Below, piece after piece: positions 48,218 to 56,716 of a stretch of DNA of 63,096 bases. Both the position numbers and the translations under genes were made by a program. The notes under the pieces were generated by a model, which saw only the letters and a program-made list of their open reading frames with translations, was not told the origin of the DNA and searched no databases. This DNA is from a virus (taxonomy: Duplodnaviria > Caudoviricetes), in the IMG/VR virus record IMGVR_UViG_3300008267_000043, positions 1-63,096 of that record. The stretch is one strand, 5' to 3'. Position 1 is the stretch's first letter; each line of letters starts with the position of its first letter.

Positions 48218-48622
48218 ATGACCAAACAAACCCCATCAACACTTCCATATCTCTCTGACTACGCACGTGGCAAACTACTCACCGAGGCTGGCATCAAGAA
48301 CGCCAAGGGACTGCACTACCACCGACTGCGGAACTCCAAACCAAACAGCGACCCCAACAACAAACCCACCACACGAACCACCAGCACCACCAAGCGACCT
48401 GTGAAGTGCATACAGACTGGCGAAGTGTTTGAGTCCATCCACGCATGTGCCCGAGCACACGACCTCACACCATCCAACCTATGCGCTCACCTCAAGGGCA
48501 AACTGTATGCGGTGAAGAAGCGTCAGTACAAGTACACCACGGACAGCCAGCTCAAGCTACATCAGAAACGGAATAAAACACCAGCCAACACCACACAGCT
48601 ACAACTTGACAAGAACATGTAA
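48218..48622 (+). CDS. NUMOD1-like HTH DNA-binding protein
   Basis: KRPVKCIQTGEVFESIHACAR...SNLCAHLKGK. Confidence 0.6.
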   Translation: MTKQTPSTLPYLSDYARGKLLTEAGIKNAKGLHYHRLRNSKPNSDPNNKPTTRTTSTTKRPVKCIQTGEVFESIHACARAHDLTPSNLCAHLKGKLYAVKKRQYKYTTDSQLKLHQKRNKTPANTTQLQLDKNM

Positions 48623-48634
48623 ATCCCCTATAAT
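48606..48634 (+). promoter_or_regulatory. Consensus sigma70 early promoter
   Basis: TTGACA-17 nt-TATAAT, a perfect match. Confidence 0.9.
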
Positions 48635-48730
48635 TAAGGCTCATTCGGAATAAATCTGTTTTGAATGACTCGGCAACTTTCGTACGGTACGAAAGCCTGA
48701 GAAACAAGGTCAAATGAAAAGGGATACATC

Positions 48731-48904
48731 ATGAAACTGACCAAGCAACAACGTGGTGCGCTCAAGCGCAAGTGGGAACGGGACAACCAAGGTATGAGTT
48801 ACCTGCAATTCAGGCGCACAGTCGTGCAGGGGTTCGACTGCATCATGGTGCCGTGGTGTGGGATGTGGCTCGGTATTGAGCTGGACGGATACACACATTC
48901 ATAA
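48731..48904 (+). CDS. Small early protein (57 aa, ...WCGMWLGIELDGYTHS)
   Basis: Translated by hand; first ORF after the promoter. Confidence 0.65.
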   Translation: MKLTKQQRGALKRKWERDNQGMSYLQFRRTVVQGFDCIMVPWCGMWLGIELDGYTHS

Positions 48905-48915
48905 GGGGTTACAAC

Positions 48916-49119
48916 ATGTTGACAAACGAATTCGACACAGCGGATGGCAAGTACACCATCAAGAGCTACGGCAATGGCTGGGCGTATGAGGTGGTGGATA
49001 TTGGGACAGGTGAATCGTTGTGGTTTCAAGACCATGCCGCAAGCCAGTTGCAAACGGATACCAACGACTTTGAGGACACCTGCACCATCGACCAATACTT
49101 TGAATGTTTGGAGGGCTGA
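48916..49119 (+). CDS. Hypothetical early protein
   Basis: ORF with RBS in a tightly packed operon. Confidence 0.65.
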   Translation: MLTNEFDTADGKYTIKSYGNGWAYEVVDIGTGESLWFQDHAASQLQTDTNDFEDTCTIDQYFECLEG

Positions 49120-49121
49120 CC

Positions 49122-49373
49122 ATGAAACTCAAATTTGAAATGACGGACACGTTCGCAGGGGAAGCCAACTATTCATGGGTCAAACGTGGTGAGGCCATCG
49201 TGCCTGACTCTGCCACTGACCTGAGCATCGTGCACAAGGCCAAGAAATGGGCTGGCCTGAAAGGTGTACGCACCATCACTGAGAAGTATGGTGACTTCAT
49301 GGCCATACGTTGTATCGGTGCATGTTTGGTGGTGTTTATCAACTTTGACTATGAGAATGATTGGAGGGAATGA
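49122..49373 (+). CDS. Hypothetical early protein
   Basis: TDTFAGEANYSWV; GGAGG RBS. Confidence 0.65.
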   Translation: MKLKFEMTDTFAGEANYSWVKRGEAIVPDSATDLSIVHKAKKWAGLKGVRTITEKYGDFMAIRCIGACLVVFINFDYENDWRE

Positions 49374-49540
49374 GTATGTATAGCTTTGAATGTTTTTGGA
49401 AGATGAAGCGCATGACTGTGCAAGCGGCAACAAGTTATGACGCACAACGCAAGGCCGCACTGCTGTGGGGTATCGGACGCAGGTCATGGGATGTGACTGT
49501 GATGCGAGCTGATGTTGGGCACGATGGGGCTGTGCTGTGA
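49370..49540 (+). CDS. Small early protein (56 aa)
   Basis: Translated by hand; coupled start/stop overlaps on both sides. Confidence 0.55.
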   Translation: MSMYSFECFWKMKRMTVQAATSYDAQRKAALLWGIGRRSWDVTVMRADVGHDGAVL

Positions 49541-49812
49541 AGGTGCTGATTGAGATTGATACGGATGAGATTGTCAGCAAGATGCTGGAGTTGGGTGCAG
49601 GTGAGTACATGTTCTCGGGTGAATTCTGGGATGTGATGGCTGAGCTGTATCCAACCGTGACGACTGAGGTGCATGAGGAAGTGACCCGACTGCACAACGC
49701 AGTGCAAGCCGTGGCTGATGCTGGCACGGAGAACATGCGGGCATGGTTCACCGCTGAGGAACTGAACGCCCACGTGGACAAGTTTATTTATGGAAACGGA
49801 ATTGAAAGGTAA
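49537..49812 (+). CDS. Hypothetical acidic early protein
   Basis: 91 aa, rich in E/D. Confidence 0.6.
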   Translation: MKVLIEIDTDEIVSKMLELGAGEYMFSGEFWDVMAELYPTVTTEVHEEVTRLHNAVQAVADAGTENMRAWFTAEELNAHVDKFIYGNGIER

Positions 49813-49816
49813 TCAA

Positions 49817-49993
49817 ATGAACAAACTGGAACGCAAGCAACTGAACGAGCGAAAAGAAAATCAAAGGTACACACGTGACAACATGTTGTGGATTGGTATG
49901 GCTACACAAACTACTGGTTCGCCAGTGAAGTACAACGCCAAGAAAGAGAAAGCACTTTCGTACCGTACGAAAGATGTGGATGGGTGGAAATGA
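49817..49993 (+). CDS. Small early protein
   Basis: AAGG RBS; contains palindrome copy 5. Confidence 0.5.
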   Translation: MNKLERKQLNERKENQRYTRDNMLWIGMATQTTGSPVKYNAKKEKALSYRTKDVDGWK

Positions 49994-50397
49994 TGGGCAA
50001 GAAGGACTACGACACGTCCCATCTCAGATACATAGCAATGAAACAGGGGAACTACATGAGTAACAAGATGATTGCAAACGGCAAGGCACGGAACATGGTG
50101 GATATCAAGGCCGCATTCAGGGGCAGTAATGTGTGGGCTGAGTGGGGGCGCAACGCATACGACCAGAAGTTGTATGTCGTGTACAGCTACCGATACACGT
50201 GGCCGCTGTATGTATATGACGAGACTGCTGACACGTGGTACGAGAACTGCAACCAGTACAGCCAGACCACCAGCCGACACCGTACCCAGTGCAGACCCAC
50301 GGGTGTGAAGACCATACCGTTAGGCACGGATGACATGCGGTTGGTTGCCACGTGTGGCGGTGTTGGGTTGATTGAACGTGCGAATAAGGAGGAGTGA
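49990..50397 (+). CDS. Hypothetical early protein (start uncertain)
   Basis: YVVYSY..WPLYVY...YSQTTSRH. Confidence 0.65.
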   Translation: MMGKKDYDTSHLRYIAMKQGNYMSNKMIANGKARNMVDIKAAFRGSNVWAEWGRNAYDQKLYVVYSYRYTWPLYVYDETADTWYENCNQYSQTTSRHRTQCRPTGVKTIPLGTDDMRLVATCGGVGLIERANKEE

Positions 50398-50630
50398 GCA
50401 TGAAGAATGAACATAAAGATTGTGTGGTGTGTGGTGATGACGTGCCGCTGCCCCGGTGGCGCTTGGGGTATCGCATATGTTTATTTTGTGGGGAAGAAAA
50501 CGCGAGGATGGAAAGGAAAAGCTGGACTGTGGTGCAGGAGTATCAGAAGGGTGGGTACATGTTCATCACGCCAGCGGCAGTAAGTACCACGCTGAAACAA
50601 ACAAACCAAAAGAACTTGAGAGGAGATTGA
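50394..50630 (+). CDS. DksA/TraR-like C4 zinc-finger protein
   Basis: CVVCG...RW.LG.RICLFC. Confidence 0.55.
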   Translation: MSMKNEHKDCVVCGDDVPLPRWRLGYRICLFCGEENARMERKSWTVVQEYQKGGYMFITPAAVSTTLKQTNQKNLRGD

Positions 50631-50631
50631 T

Positions 50632-50838
50632 ATGACGTTTACTGAATTGGAATACTGTTTGATGCTGGCCGTAGCTGTGCTGTTATGGCGCAACAGTGTG
50701 TTGCAGGGCAGGTTGCACCACATGACCGCACGTGCTGACAGATACGTGGAGTACTTGTTGGGTGTGCACCGTGGCGAGGGGCGTGTGGTGGAGGATGACA
50801 ACGGGTTCAGGTACGAGCAGAGGAAGGAAGCGAAATGA
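50632..50838 (+). CDS. Small membrane-anchored protein
   Basis: N-terminal hydrophobic helix. Confidence 0.55.
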   Translation: MTFTELEYCLMLAVAVLLWRNSVLQGRLHHMTARADRYVEYLLGVHRGEGRVVEDDNGFRYEQRKEAK

Positions 50839-50934
50839 ATGGAGACAACCCCCGATTACTTTGTCAGGATTGCTCTGTCCCGCTGTTCCGTTGGTTCTTA
50901 TCAAGGATTGACTCTATGCGGGTGCTCAAACAAC

Positions 50935-50963
50935 TTGACAAGTATGTGTAAAGCTGTTATACT
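50935..50963 (+). promoter_or_regulatory. Sigma70 promoter of the AAA/VWA operon
   Basis: TTGACA-17 nt-TATACT with an extended TG. Confidence 0.85.
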
Positions 50964-51033
50964 ATGGGCTTGTTAGTTAGTAATGTGTGTAAGTTAATCA
51001 ACAACGGTTTCGTACCGTACGAAAGGGAACAAC

Positions 51034-51903
51034 ATGGAACAAGTAAACGTAAGTAAGTTATCAGGCTCAGCCCTGATTGTGAATCTGTCACTGTCCGTAT
51101 GGACTGGCCGCAAGCTGGACAAGCGGGTGAGTGAGGAGGTTGACCAAGCCAAGTCAACCAAGACCCGTGCAGGTAACTACCACAAGAACCTGCTGGCTGG
51201 CTCAGGCAAGCTGGAGGAAATCACCAAGGTTGCCAACGCTGTGCGTACATGGCACTACACGGTGACTCAGCCTTGGGGTGACAACGGCGACCGTGTGCTG
51301 AACATGGCGTCATTCATGGACTACAAGTCACGGCTGGCGGAGTACGAGACTCAGTTTGCCACTGCTGTCAACATGTTTCTGAATGAGTACGACACGCTGG
51401 TTGCGGCGGCGGCGTTCCAACTGGGTGACTTGTTCAACCGTGAGGACTACCCACTGCGTGAGCAGATTGTGGACAAGTTTGGTTTCAGGTATGCGTTCAC
51501 GCCACTGCCGATGGCGGGTGACTTCCGTATTGACATTGGTGAGGAGGGACTGCGTGAGATGCAAGACCACTACGAGGGTGTGTTGACCACACGGCTCAAC
51601 GATGCGATGCGTGATGCGTGGGACAGGTTGCATGATGTGTTGTCACGTATGAGTGAACGACTGGCTGATGACGATGGTGGCAAGCGCAAGATTTTCCGTG
51701 ACTCGCTTGTTGAGAACGCCATCGAGGTGTGCGGGTTACTGCGTCACTTCAACATCACTGGTGACACACGGTTGGAGGCACTGCGTATGCAGTTGGAGGA
51801 CACGATGCGTGGCGTGGATGCGGCATCGTTGCGAGAGAGTGACATGTTGCGTGAGCAGACCAAGCGCAAGGTGGACTCTATGTTGGAGAAGTTTTCTCTG
51901 TGA
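51034..51903 (+). CDS. DUF3150-like helical protein
   Basis: LSVWTGRKLD...T.PW...LFNREDYP...FNITGD; precedes the AAA/VWA pair. Confidence 0.55.
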   Translation: MEQVNVSKLSGSALIVNLSLSVWTGRKLDKRVSEEVDQAKSTKTRAGNYHKNLLAGSGKLEEITKVANAVRTWHYTVTQPWGDNGDRVLNMASFMDYKSRLAEYETQFATAVNMFLNEYDTLVAAAAFQLGDLFNREDYPLREQIVDKFGFRYAFTPLPMAGDFRIDIGEEGLREMQDHYEGVLTTRLNDAMRDAWDRLHDVLSRMSERLADDDGGKRKIFRDSLVENAIEVCGLLRHFNITGDTRLEALRMQLEDTMRGVDAASLRESDMLREQTKRKVDSMLEKFSL

Positions 51904-51978
51904 TTTTCGTACCGTACGAAAGTTGTTTTTGTGTAAGTGTTGGGGTACAACCCGTACCCCGTTTGAAAGGAAGTAATC

Positions 51979-53064
51979 ATGGCTATGTATAAATCTCTGT
52001 CTCTGCAACAAACTGCTGACCTGATTGGTGCAGTGGGTGACGTTCAAACAATCTTGGCTCAGGGTGAAATGGGTATTGGCAAGTCGTCCATGCTCAAGAT
52101 GTTGCGAAACAATCCCAAGTTCAAGAACCACATGTTCTGTTACGTGGACATCACAACCAAGGATGTTGGTGACTTCGTTGTCCCCAAGATTCGCACGGTG
52201 GATGGTGTTGAGGTGTGCTCGTTCATTCCAAACGAGGAGTTCGGTATGCACTTGGTGGACACACCCATCATGATGATGCTGGATGAGTTGGGCAAGGCCA
52301 AGGGCGGTGTGATGAACGCATGTTTGCGGCTGATGCAGGAACGTGCACTGGGTACGTATACCCTGCACCCTGACTCTGTGGTGTTTGCCACAACTAACTT
52401 GAGCGTAGAGGGTATCGGTGACAACGTGCCACCACATGCTCGAAACCGTGTGACTCAGGTACGTGTAGCCAAGCCTACGGCTGATGAGTGGATAGGGTAT
52501 GCCATCAACAACGGTGTGAACCCCATCGTCATCGCCACTGTGCAAGAGTTCCCTGAGATGCTGGCATCGTTTGAGGACTATGAACGCCCCGAGCAGAACA
52601 CGTATGTGTATGACCCACGTGATGTACGTATGTCGTTCGTGACACCACGTTCATTGGAGAAAGCTGGTCACATCATTTCTCGCACGATGGTGTTGGGTGA
52701 CGATGTGCTGTGCCATGCGTTGAAGGGTACGGTGGGTGAGAAGGCCATGCACAACATGTTGACGATGGTGAAGATGGACACACAGTTGACTAATTGGGAT
52801 GACCTGATTAAATCCCCTGCGACTGCGACTGTGCCTACCAGTGCGGCGGCGGCATGTATGTTGGTGGCCAAGGCTGTGCAACGTATTGAGAAGGCATCCA
52901 TTGATTCATGGATGGAGTTTCTCCCACGTATGAGCAAGGAATCCCAAGGCTTGTTTGCACGTAGTGTGATGAGCGAGCTGTGCCCCAAACGTACTGTGGC
53001 GGCAACCAATCCCAAGTTTGCCAAGTGGGCGGCTGACAACAACTATTTGTTTGCCAAGAAGTAA
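51979..53064 (+). CDS. AAA+ ATPase (MoxR/dynein-related type)
   Basis: Walker A GEMGIGKS, Walker B MMLDE, TTN sensor, NR finger and TPRS. Confidence 0.85.
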   Translation: MAMYKSLSLQQTADLIGAVGDVQTILAQGEMGIGKSSMLKMLRNNPKFKNHMFCYVDITTKDVGDFVVPKIRTVDGVEVCSFIPNEEFGMHLVDTPIMMMLDELGKAKGGVMNACLRLMQERALGTYTLHPDSVVFATTNLSVEGIGDNVPPHARNRVTQVRVAKPTADEWIGYAINNGVNPIVIATVQEFPEMLASFEDYERPEQNTYVYDPRDVRMSFVTPRSLEKAGHIISRTMVLGDDVLCHALKGTVGEKAMHNMLTMVKMDTQLTNWDDLIKSPATATVPTSAAAACMLVAKAVQRIEKASIDSWMEFLPRMSKESQGLFARSVMSELCPKRTVAATNPKFAKWAADNNYLFAKK

Positions 53065-53094
53065 TCAACATTCGTACCGTACGAAAGGAATAAC

Positions 53095-54273
53095 ATGTTT
53101 GTAACAACAACACAATCATTACCCGCAATCAAGCGGATTGAACGTGCACACGTAGAGTTGATGGCTCACAAGGCCACGATGGAATACGCTGGCATCATCA
53201 TGGTCGGCAAGTACAAGGTGGTGGACAACATCCCCACCGCATGTACCAACGGCATCGACTGTCTGTATGGCAAAGAGTTCACCGAGAAGTTGCCCGAGGC
53301 TGAGTTGCGTGGTGTCATCCTGCATGAGAACCTGCACAAGACTTTCCAACATACATTCCTGTGGCGGCATCTGTATGAGGAGAACGCACGGTGTGCAAAC
53401 ATGGCGTGTGACTACGTAATCAACTTACTAATCCACGACATTGAGAAATCATCCAACGGGTTTGTTGTACTGCCCAAGGTGGGTCTGCTTGATGAACGCT
53501 TCCGTGACATGGACTCCCAAGAGGTGTTCCGCATCCTGATGGACGAGGGGCAGGGCGAGGGTAACGGTGACGGTGGTGAGGGCGCTGGCCTTGACTCCCA
53601 TGATTGGGACACATCGGGCATGACACAGGAAGAAGTTGAACAGCACGTCAAGGAGGTCAACCAAGCCATCCGTCAAGGTCAACTGCTGGCTGGCAAGATG
53701 GGCGGCAAACAATCCCGTGAGTTGGGTGACTTGGTTGAACCCAAGGTTGACTGGCGTGAACAACTGCGTGACTTCGTGAATTCACTGGCTGACGGTAAAG
53801 ATATATCCACGTGGCAACGTGTCAACCGCCGCTGGCTTCAACATGACATGTACATGCCAAGCACTTTGAGTGAGAGCATGGGACGCATGGTGATTGCCAT
53901 CGACACATCGGGCTCTATCGGTGGTGAGGACTTGAACAAGTTCTTGTCCGAGGTGCAGTCAATCTGTATGAACGTGCAACCCGAGCTTGTTGACTTGTTG
54001 TATTGGGACACCGAGGTGGCAGGTCATGAGGTGTATGGACGTGACACACAGGACAAACTTGTGAAGTCAACCAAACCTGCTGGCGGTGGCGGCACTGACC
54101 CGTCGTGTATCCCTGAGTACATCGAGGCCAAGGGGCTCAAGCCTGACTGCGTGGTGGTGCTGACTGACGGCTACGTGGGGTCATGGGGTACGTGGAAACA
54201 TCCCGTGCTGTGGGCGGTGTGTGGTGGGTACAAGCCAACACCATCCGTGGGCGTGGCAATCTACGTTGATTAA
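53095..54273 (+). CDS. HExxH metallopeptidase-like + VWA protein (DUF2201-type)
   Basis: TACTNG and LHENLH; MIDAS DTSGS, GGGT and LTDG. Confidence 0.85.
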   Translation: MFVTTTQSLPAIKRIERAHVELMAHKATMEYAGIIMVGKYKVVDNIPTACTNGIDCLYGKEFTEKLPEAELRGVILHENLHKTFQHTFLWRHLYEENARCANMACDYVINLLIHDIEKSSNGFVVLPKVGLLDERFRDMDSQEVFRILMDEGQGEGNGDGGEGAGLDSHDWDTSGMTQEEVEQHVKEVNQAIRQGQLLAGKMGGKQSRELGDLVEPKVDWREQLRDFVNSLADGKDISTWQRVNRRWLQHDMYMPSTLSESMGRMVIAIDTSGSIGGEDLNKFLSEVQSICMNVQPELVDLLYWDTEVAGHEVYGRDTQDKLVKSTKPAGGGGTDPSCIPEYIEAKGLKPDCVVVLTDGYVGSWGTWKHPVLWAVCGGYKPTPSVGVAIYVD

Positions 54274-54306
54274 TTTGGGAACAGGTATCTTTGAACAGGA
54301 GGTTTT

Positions 54307-55299
54307 ATGCCAAGCGCAAAAGAGTTTAAACACACACGGTACAGCGGCTGGTATGGGTACAGCGTACGCACCAACAACTTAACAGAAGCCAAAGCCAAGT
54401 TTGAGAGCACCAAGCCCGTCCAAGGCACACGTAAAAAACATGGCTGTGAGATTCGCCCACTGGCAAAACGTGCCCGTATATGGGAAGCGTGGCATCACGA
54501 TGAAGCCACAGGAAGTTATGGCATGGCGTTTGTCAGGTCGTACCCAATACTTGTACAGGCGGGTGCAAACAAAACGATTTCCCGTTTCGATAAGGAAGTT
54601 AATCCAGTGTTGATGTGGCATCCTGATGGGCGGTTGGTGTTTAGCCCCATGTACATGTACAGCTACACCACGTGGGAGATGTTGGCGACGTTGTTACCTG
54701 ATGGCATTACGTTTGTGAAGTACGGTGCGAAGCCTTACTTCAAGTTGGATACGCCAGAGGGTAAGCCCGTGTACATGCACAGCCCTATGGGTGTGACCAT
54801 GACTTTCGTACCGTACGAAAAGGAAGGCAAACAGTATTTCCACCTAACTACACCCTACCCTGAGCAGAAGATTCTGATTGACAAAGAAGCGTCCAAGGTG
54901 GTGCGTGGTGAGGCCAAAGCGTTCTTTGAGTACGCAGAGACTATGTGGGGGTTGATGACTGCGGATATTGATGTTGAAAACCTTGCTTCAGTGACATGGG
55001 CTGGCAGGCGTCAGTACGAAGACCTTTTGCTCAGCAACTGGTTGTCACGTAGTAAGGGCGAAGAAATAGGTGGGCGTTGGGCTGATGCGATTAACGCTTT
55101 CATAAAGATGAACACCCGTGTACGTTTCAAGTACGACAGGGACGCACTCGAAATGGAAAAAAATGTGTACGTCCCAACCGTAGAGGACATTAGAGACAGG
55201 CTACGTGGCGAGAGGTTGAACCGTATCACCAAGCCGTACCGTCTGGTTGATGTGCCGTTGGGCGAACCGTTCTTTGACAACGGGAGAGGTAATGAATAA
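54307..55299 (+). CDS. Hypothetical protein
   Basis: 330 aa, AGGAGG RBS. Confidence 0.75.
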   Translation: MPSAKEFKHTRYSGWYGYSVRTNNLTEAKAKFESTKPVQGTRKKHGCEIRPLAKRARIWEAWHHDEATGSYGMAFVRSYPILVQAGANKTISRFDKEVNPVLMWHPDGRLVFSPMYMYSYTTWEMLATLLPDGITFVKYGAKPYFKLDTPEGKPVYMHSPMGVTMTFVPYEKEGKQYFHLTTPYPEQKILIDKEASKVVRGEAKAFFEYAETMWGLMTADIDVENLASVTWAGRRQYEDLLLSNWLSRSKGEEIGGRWADAINAFIKMNTRVRFKYDRDALEMEKNVYVPTVEDIRDRLRGERLNRITKPYRLVDVPLGEPFFDNGRGNE

Positions 55300-55378
55300 C
55301 GAAGCTGTTTGGTTGACAGTGGTGTGCGTTGTTGCACTGGCTGTTGTTGTGTTGGATGTATTTTTCTGGAGGGTATGA
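55292..55378 (+). CDS. 28-aa single-TM peptide
   Basis: MNNEAVWLTVVCVVALAVVVLDVFFWRV; GAGG RBS; overlaps both neighbours. Confidence 0.5.
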   Translation: MNNEAVWLTVVCVVALAVVVLDVFFWRV

Positions 55379-56256
55379 GCATGATGAAACGAGAAGAATA
55401 TCTGGGCCTGTATAGCTACGACAGATACCAAGATGTTTACACGACTGCAAAAGACAACGACCACCGGCATTGGATTGGTGACGTGCCAGTTGCTCTCAAC
55501 TTGGTGAAGTTTTTCACTGAGCTGAAATTCAAACGCCCTGACATTGTGTTGCGTGTGGACAAGCGTCCAGCAAGATACAACGGGTTGGAGTACACCGTGT
55601 TTGCTGATGTAGGTATTGGCTTCAAGGATGCGCCTGAGTTGGTGTGTGGGTTCATTGGTATAGACATGGACAAAGACCGCAACATCTTGTTCACCGTAAC
55701 GTCAGACCGTATCAAGAATGAGAAGTACGCCGCACACAGTGACGGATACCGTATCAAGTCCACCAAGAACTTTGCCAATGCGGTGAAGAACGCCTTGCAG
55801 TACATCAAGCCCACGTCATTTGATGAGCTGATAGACCACACTGGCAGTGACTTAGAACGTGCCGTACACAAGCTGAGAGCCCCCTCTGATGAGAAGCTGT
55901 ACAACGCCACGAACATTGGCAAGTCAATCATCTCAGAGGAACTACGCAACATGATTGCAACAGGGTACACACCTGCAACCGAGTCATTCAAACGTGCTGT
56001 GAAGCTGTTACAGGATGAGGGTGATGAGATTAAGCGCATGATTAACTACAAGCCCCGCAAGTGTTTCGTGTGGGCAAAGCCTGACCGTGTGCTGTATCGG
56101 ATTGATGATGAGGAATCCTGCATTGTGTTCAACCTACAAGATGTTCCTGAGCACATCAGAGACAAGATTGCCGTGTTGCAGATTGGTAGCAACGGGTCAG
56201 CCATTGTGGACGTTGGGCTCAAAGTCAGCGACAGCATGTATTGGGTGTTCGTATGA
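55375..56256 (+). CDS. Hypothetical protein
   Basis: GGAGG RBS before ATG 55375. Confidence 0.7.
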   Translation: MSMMKREEYLGLYSYDRYQDVYTTAKDNDHRHWIGDVPVALNLVKFFTELKFKRPDIVLRVDKRPARYNGLEYTVFADVGIGFKDAPELVCGFIGIDMDKDRNILFTVTSDRIKNEKYAAHSDGYRIKSTKNFANAVKNALQYIKPTSFDELIDHTGSDLERAVHKLRAPSDEKLYNATNIGKSIISEELRNMIATGYTPATESFKRAVKLLQDEGDEIKRMINYKPRKCFVWAKPDRVLYRIDDEESCIVFNLQDVPEHIRDKIAVLQIGSNGSAIVDVGLKVSDSMYWVFV

Positions 56257-56606
56257 TTGATACGAAAGCCCTTTGGGTTTACGTGATGGGCGATACGATA
56301 GATACTTCTTTGGATGTAATTGGTATTGCCTCACGCATGTCCCCCGATGCAATCGCAATGATGGAGAACGCCGCACTGCGGGTTGAGGTAAACCCTGATG
56401 GAACATTTAGCATCGTAGACTTTACATTGCCAAGTTCTAGCGGTAGACTAAGGCAAAACATTCCGCAAGAGGATGTACCGAAACATGTCATTGAAGCGAT
56501 GGCTATGTTGCAGATTGCAGAGGAAGGAAGCTACGTTAAAAGCATCGGATTTCGTGTATCCGATAGCCTTTATTACGTGCATGAAAACTGGGAGGAAAAA
56601 TGTTAG
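56253..56606 (+). CDS. Hypothetical protein; C-terminus paralogous to the upstream gene
   Basis: DVPKHVIEAMAMLQI...IGFRVSDSLYYV. Confidence 0.7.
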   Translation: MIDTKALWVYVMGDTIDTSLDVIGIASRMSPDAIAMMENAALRVEVNPDGTFSIVDFTLPSSSGRLRQNIPQEDVPKHVIEAMAMLQIAEEGSYVKSIGFRVSDSLYYVHENWEEKC

Positions 56607-56716
56607 ATGTATTTGCTTTGATTGCCACATTGTTCATTGGTCTTGGTCTTGGCGGCATAGCCATAGCAGTGTTCTTGTACGCCCTCGACTGGATGCAAAA
56701 CGGAGGCAAGAAATGA
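56600..56716 (+). CDS. 38-aa membrane peptide
   Basis: MLDVFALIATLFIGLGLGGIAIAVFLYALDW...; GGAGG RBS. Confidence 0.5.
   Translation: MLDVFALIATLFIGLGLGGIAIAVFLYALDWMQNGGKK

Larger units (their letters stand above)
46827..54820. repeat. Nine dispersed copies of the palindrome (T)TTCGTAC-N-GTACGAA(A)
   Basis: Copies begin at 46827, 47710, 47787, 48677, 49955, 51008, 51905, 53071 and 54804. Confidence 0.95.

Noticed and set aside
46827-54820. CRISPR array made of the palindromic repeats
   Set aside because: Spacing is irregular (77 bp to 1.7 kb), the repeats are only 15-21 bp, some lie inside genes, and there is no cas operon. The Cas4-like nuclease is a normal replication-module gene.
46827-54820. 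N4-type hairpin promoters for a virion RNA polymerase
   Set aside because: I saw no RNA polymerase motifs in the 1996-aa protein, and canonical sigma70 promoters already serve the region.
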